From Opitutaceae bacterium (GTDB lineage Bacteria > Verrucomicrobiota > Verrucomicrobiia > Opitutales > Opitutaceae), in assembly GCA_039936075.1 (NCBI GenBank), contig JBDTJA010000286.1, positions 1 to 60,885 of the forward strand: DNA of 60,885 nt, read 5' to 3'. The position numbers and the translations under genes were made by a program. The notes beneath the pieces were generated by a model, which worked only from the letters and a program-made list of their open reading frames with translations, did no database searches and had not been told where the DNA came from. Every line of letters starts with the position of its first letter. Within the stretch, counting starts at the first letter, position 1. Positions 59,567-60,885 of the stretch are shown here, piece by piece.

Positions 59567-60094
59567 ATGAGAAAATCGGCAGTTCCGGAGCCCCCGCGGG
59601 TGCCGCCTATAACCAGCCAATTTGGCTCCGAGGCGCTTATGGCGTCGCTCGCCCTTGCGGTTGTCTGGAGCATGATGAGCGGCGCTCGCTTCTTGGTCGC
59701 TACGGTGGAAAAATGGCATTCCGAAAAGACGGTCTGTCGGTTTCTGTCGTCGTTCGCAGCGGCCGCGTTCGTCGCCGTTGCTCTGGTGCCATCGATCCGG
59801 CGGCCTTCCGGTTTTTTGGTTTTTGTGCTTTTTGGGCTGGGGTGCACGGCTCTCCCGCCGCTGATCATCAGCTTCGGCCAACGGGCACGGTCCGCGATCG
59901 CCGCCACGCCGTCGGCAGGTCTGAACGCCTGCTACCTAATCGGTTGTGAACTCGCCGAGCTTGGCGTTGGCCGACTTCAAAGTGCGGCGGCCTTGGGCTG
60001 GAAAGTCATCTTCGGCGGATCCGCCGCACTCGCAATGGCCGTGGTGGCGGTTTTCGTCACTCGGAAAACTCCCGCGGATGCGGCGATCACCTGA
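59567..60094 (+). CDS. Hypothetical polytopic membrane protein (175 aa)
   Basis: ORF 59471..60094, first ATG at 59567 (MRKSAVPEPP). Four to five hydrophobic segments. It ends 9 nt before the GH15 gene start. No family recognised. Confidence 0.5.
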   Translation: MRKSAVPEPPRVPPITSQFGSEALMASLALAVVWSMMSGARFLVATVEKWHSEKTVCRFLSSFAAAAFVAVALVPSIRRPSGFLVFVLFGLGCTALPPLIISFGQRARSAIAATPSAGLNACYLIGCELAELGVGRLQSAAALGWKVIFGGSAALAMAVVAVFVTRKTPADAAIT

Positions 60095-60103
60095 ATCAAA
60101 GCC

Positions 60104-60885
60104 ATGACCACGAATTCATCTAACAACGCACCGGGCGCGCCCGGCATTCCTCCGCGCTGGACCTCCAGTGCCAAGGACGGCCTCGGCACCGCCTATCACA
60201 CCAGCTCCCGCATTTGGTTCACACTGAGCCACGGCATCGTCAACGAGGTTTATTACCCGCACGTGGACACGCCCAATACGCGCGACTTGCAGTTCCTGAT
60301 TACCGACGGCGAGACGTTTTGCCACGAGGAGAAACGCGATCTCGACCACGTGACCGAGTATCCGGAGCACAGCGCGCTGCTCTACCGGCTCACGAACACC
60401 GACCGCGCCGGGCGCTACCGGGTGATCAAGGAAATCATCGGCGAGCCGCACTCGTCGGTGCTGCTGATCCACACCCGCGTGGAAATCATGGACCGCAAAT
60501 TGCGCGGCAAGCTTCGCCTCTATGCGCTGCTGGCGCCCCATCTGAACGGCACCGGAGAAAACAATTCGGCGCGCTGGCGTGACGCCGATGGCCGCAAGTT
60601 GTTCGAGGCCGAGCGCGAGGACATCCACCTCGTGATGGGTTGCTCGCCCGATTTTACGCGGCGCTCGGTGGGTTATGCCGGGACGAGCGATGGCTGGCAG
60701 GATCTGATGAGTAATTTCAAGATGGATTGGGAATATGGCCGGGTGGAGGACGGGAACGTCGCCCTGACCGGCGAGATCGATCTGTCCCGCGGCCTGGAGT
60801 TCACCCTCGCCGTCGCGTTCGGGCGCAGTGCCCAAAGTGCTTCCACCCGATTGCTCCAGGCGCTGGCCACGCCGTTTGCCGATCA
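60104..60885 (+). CDS. Glycoside hydrolase family 15 glucoamylase-like protein, 5' partial (runs off window)
   Basis: Manual translation from ATG 60104 gives MTTNSSNNAPGAPGIPPRWTSSAKDGLGTAYHTSSRIWFTLSHGIVNEVYYPHVDTPNTRDLQFLITDGETFCHEE. This is typical of the N-terminal beta-sandwich domain of bacterial/archaeal GH15 enzymes. The frame stays open to the window end. Confidence 0.85.
   Translation, partial: MTTNSSNNAPGAPGIPPRWTSSAKDGLGTAYHTSSRIWFTLSHGIVNEVYYPHVDTPNTRDLQFLITDGETFCHEEKRDLDHVTEYPEHSALLYRLTNTDRAGRYRVIKEIIGEPHSSVLLIHTRVEIMDRKLRGKLRLYALLAPHLNGTGENNSARWRDADGRKLFEAEREDIHLVMGCSPDFTRRSVGYAGTSDGWQDLMSNFKMDWEYGRVEDGNVALTGEIDLSRGLEFTLAVAFGRSAQSASTRLLQALATPFAD

Overview
This is a GC-rich, densely coding stretch of bacterial chromosome with about 47 CDS and 1 tRNA, dominated by core housekeeping genes. 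The genes include smc, zwf plus an opcA-like gene, tyrS, acnA, trpB, prfC, rlmI, eno, lpdA and tRNA-Arg(CCG). One long minus-strand run carries hemF-hemE-hemY followed by ileS, a dksA-like gene and lspA. A KdpD(C-terminal half)/KdpE-like two-component pair sits next to amt, a small ORF and glnK. There is also a double-length uvrA, and the 5' part of a GH15 glucoamylase runs off the right edge. Several features suggest the PVC superphylum, probably a Verrucomicrobiota/Opitutae-like organism, but this is inference only. Those features are the fused tandem UvrA, the ileS-dksA-lspA order, an Amt with a long secreted N-terminal extension, and many GAF/STAS/PP2C signalling proteins. I found no CRISPR array, IS or transposase, integrase, prophage block, toxin-antitoxin pair, recognisable defence system or biosynthetic cluster. 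I could not identify a convincing novel multi-gene system. The most unusual items are listed here.
- A 1928-aa covalently fused tandem UvrA whose two halves have lost different sub-domains.
- A DksA-like protein with a histone-H1-like Lys/Ala/Pro tail and a nearly cysteine-free zinc finger.
- An ankyrin protein of nine exactly in-register 33-aa repeats, divergent from two orphan receiver genes.
- A small membrane ORF wedged between amt and glnK.
- A sensor-less KdpD/KdpE pair with no kdpFABC in the window.
- Three non-coding elements with strong long-range base pairing: 26766-26937, 17998-18064 and 32944-33135.
- Two short orphan-gene patches at 44.1-45.3 kb and 58.8-60.1 kb.
Many long ORFs in the six-frame track are antisense or out-of-frame artefacts of the high GC content and were rejected.
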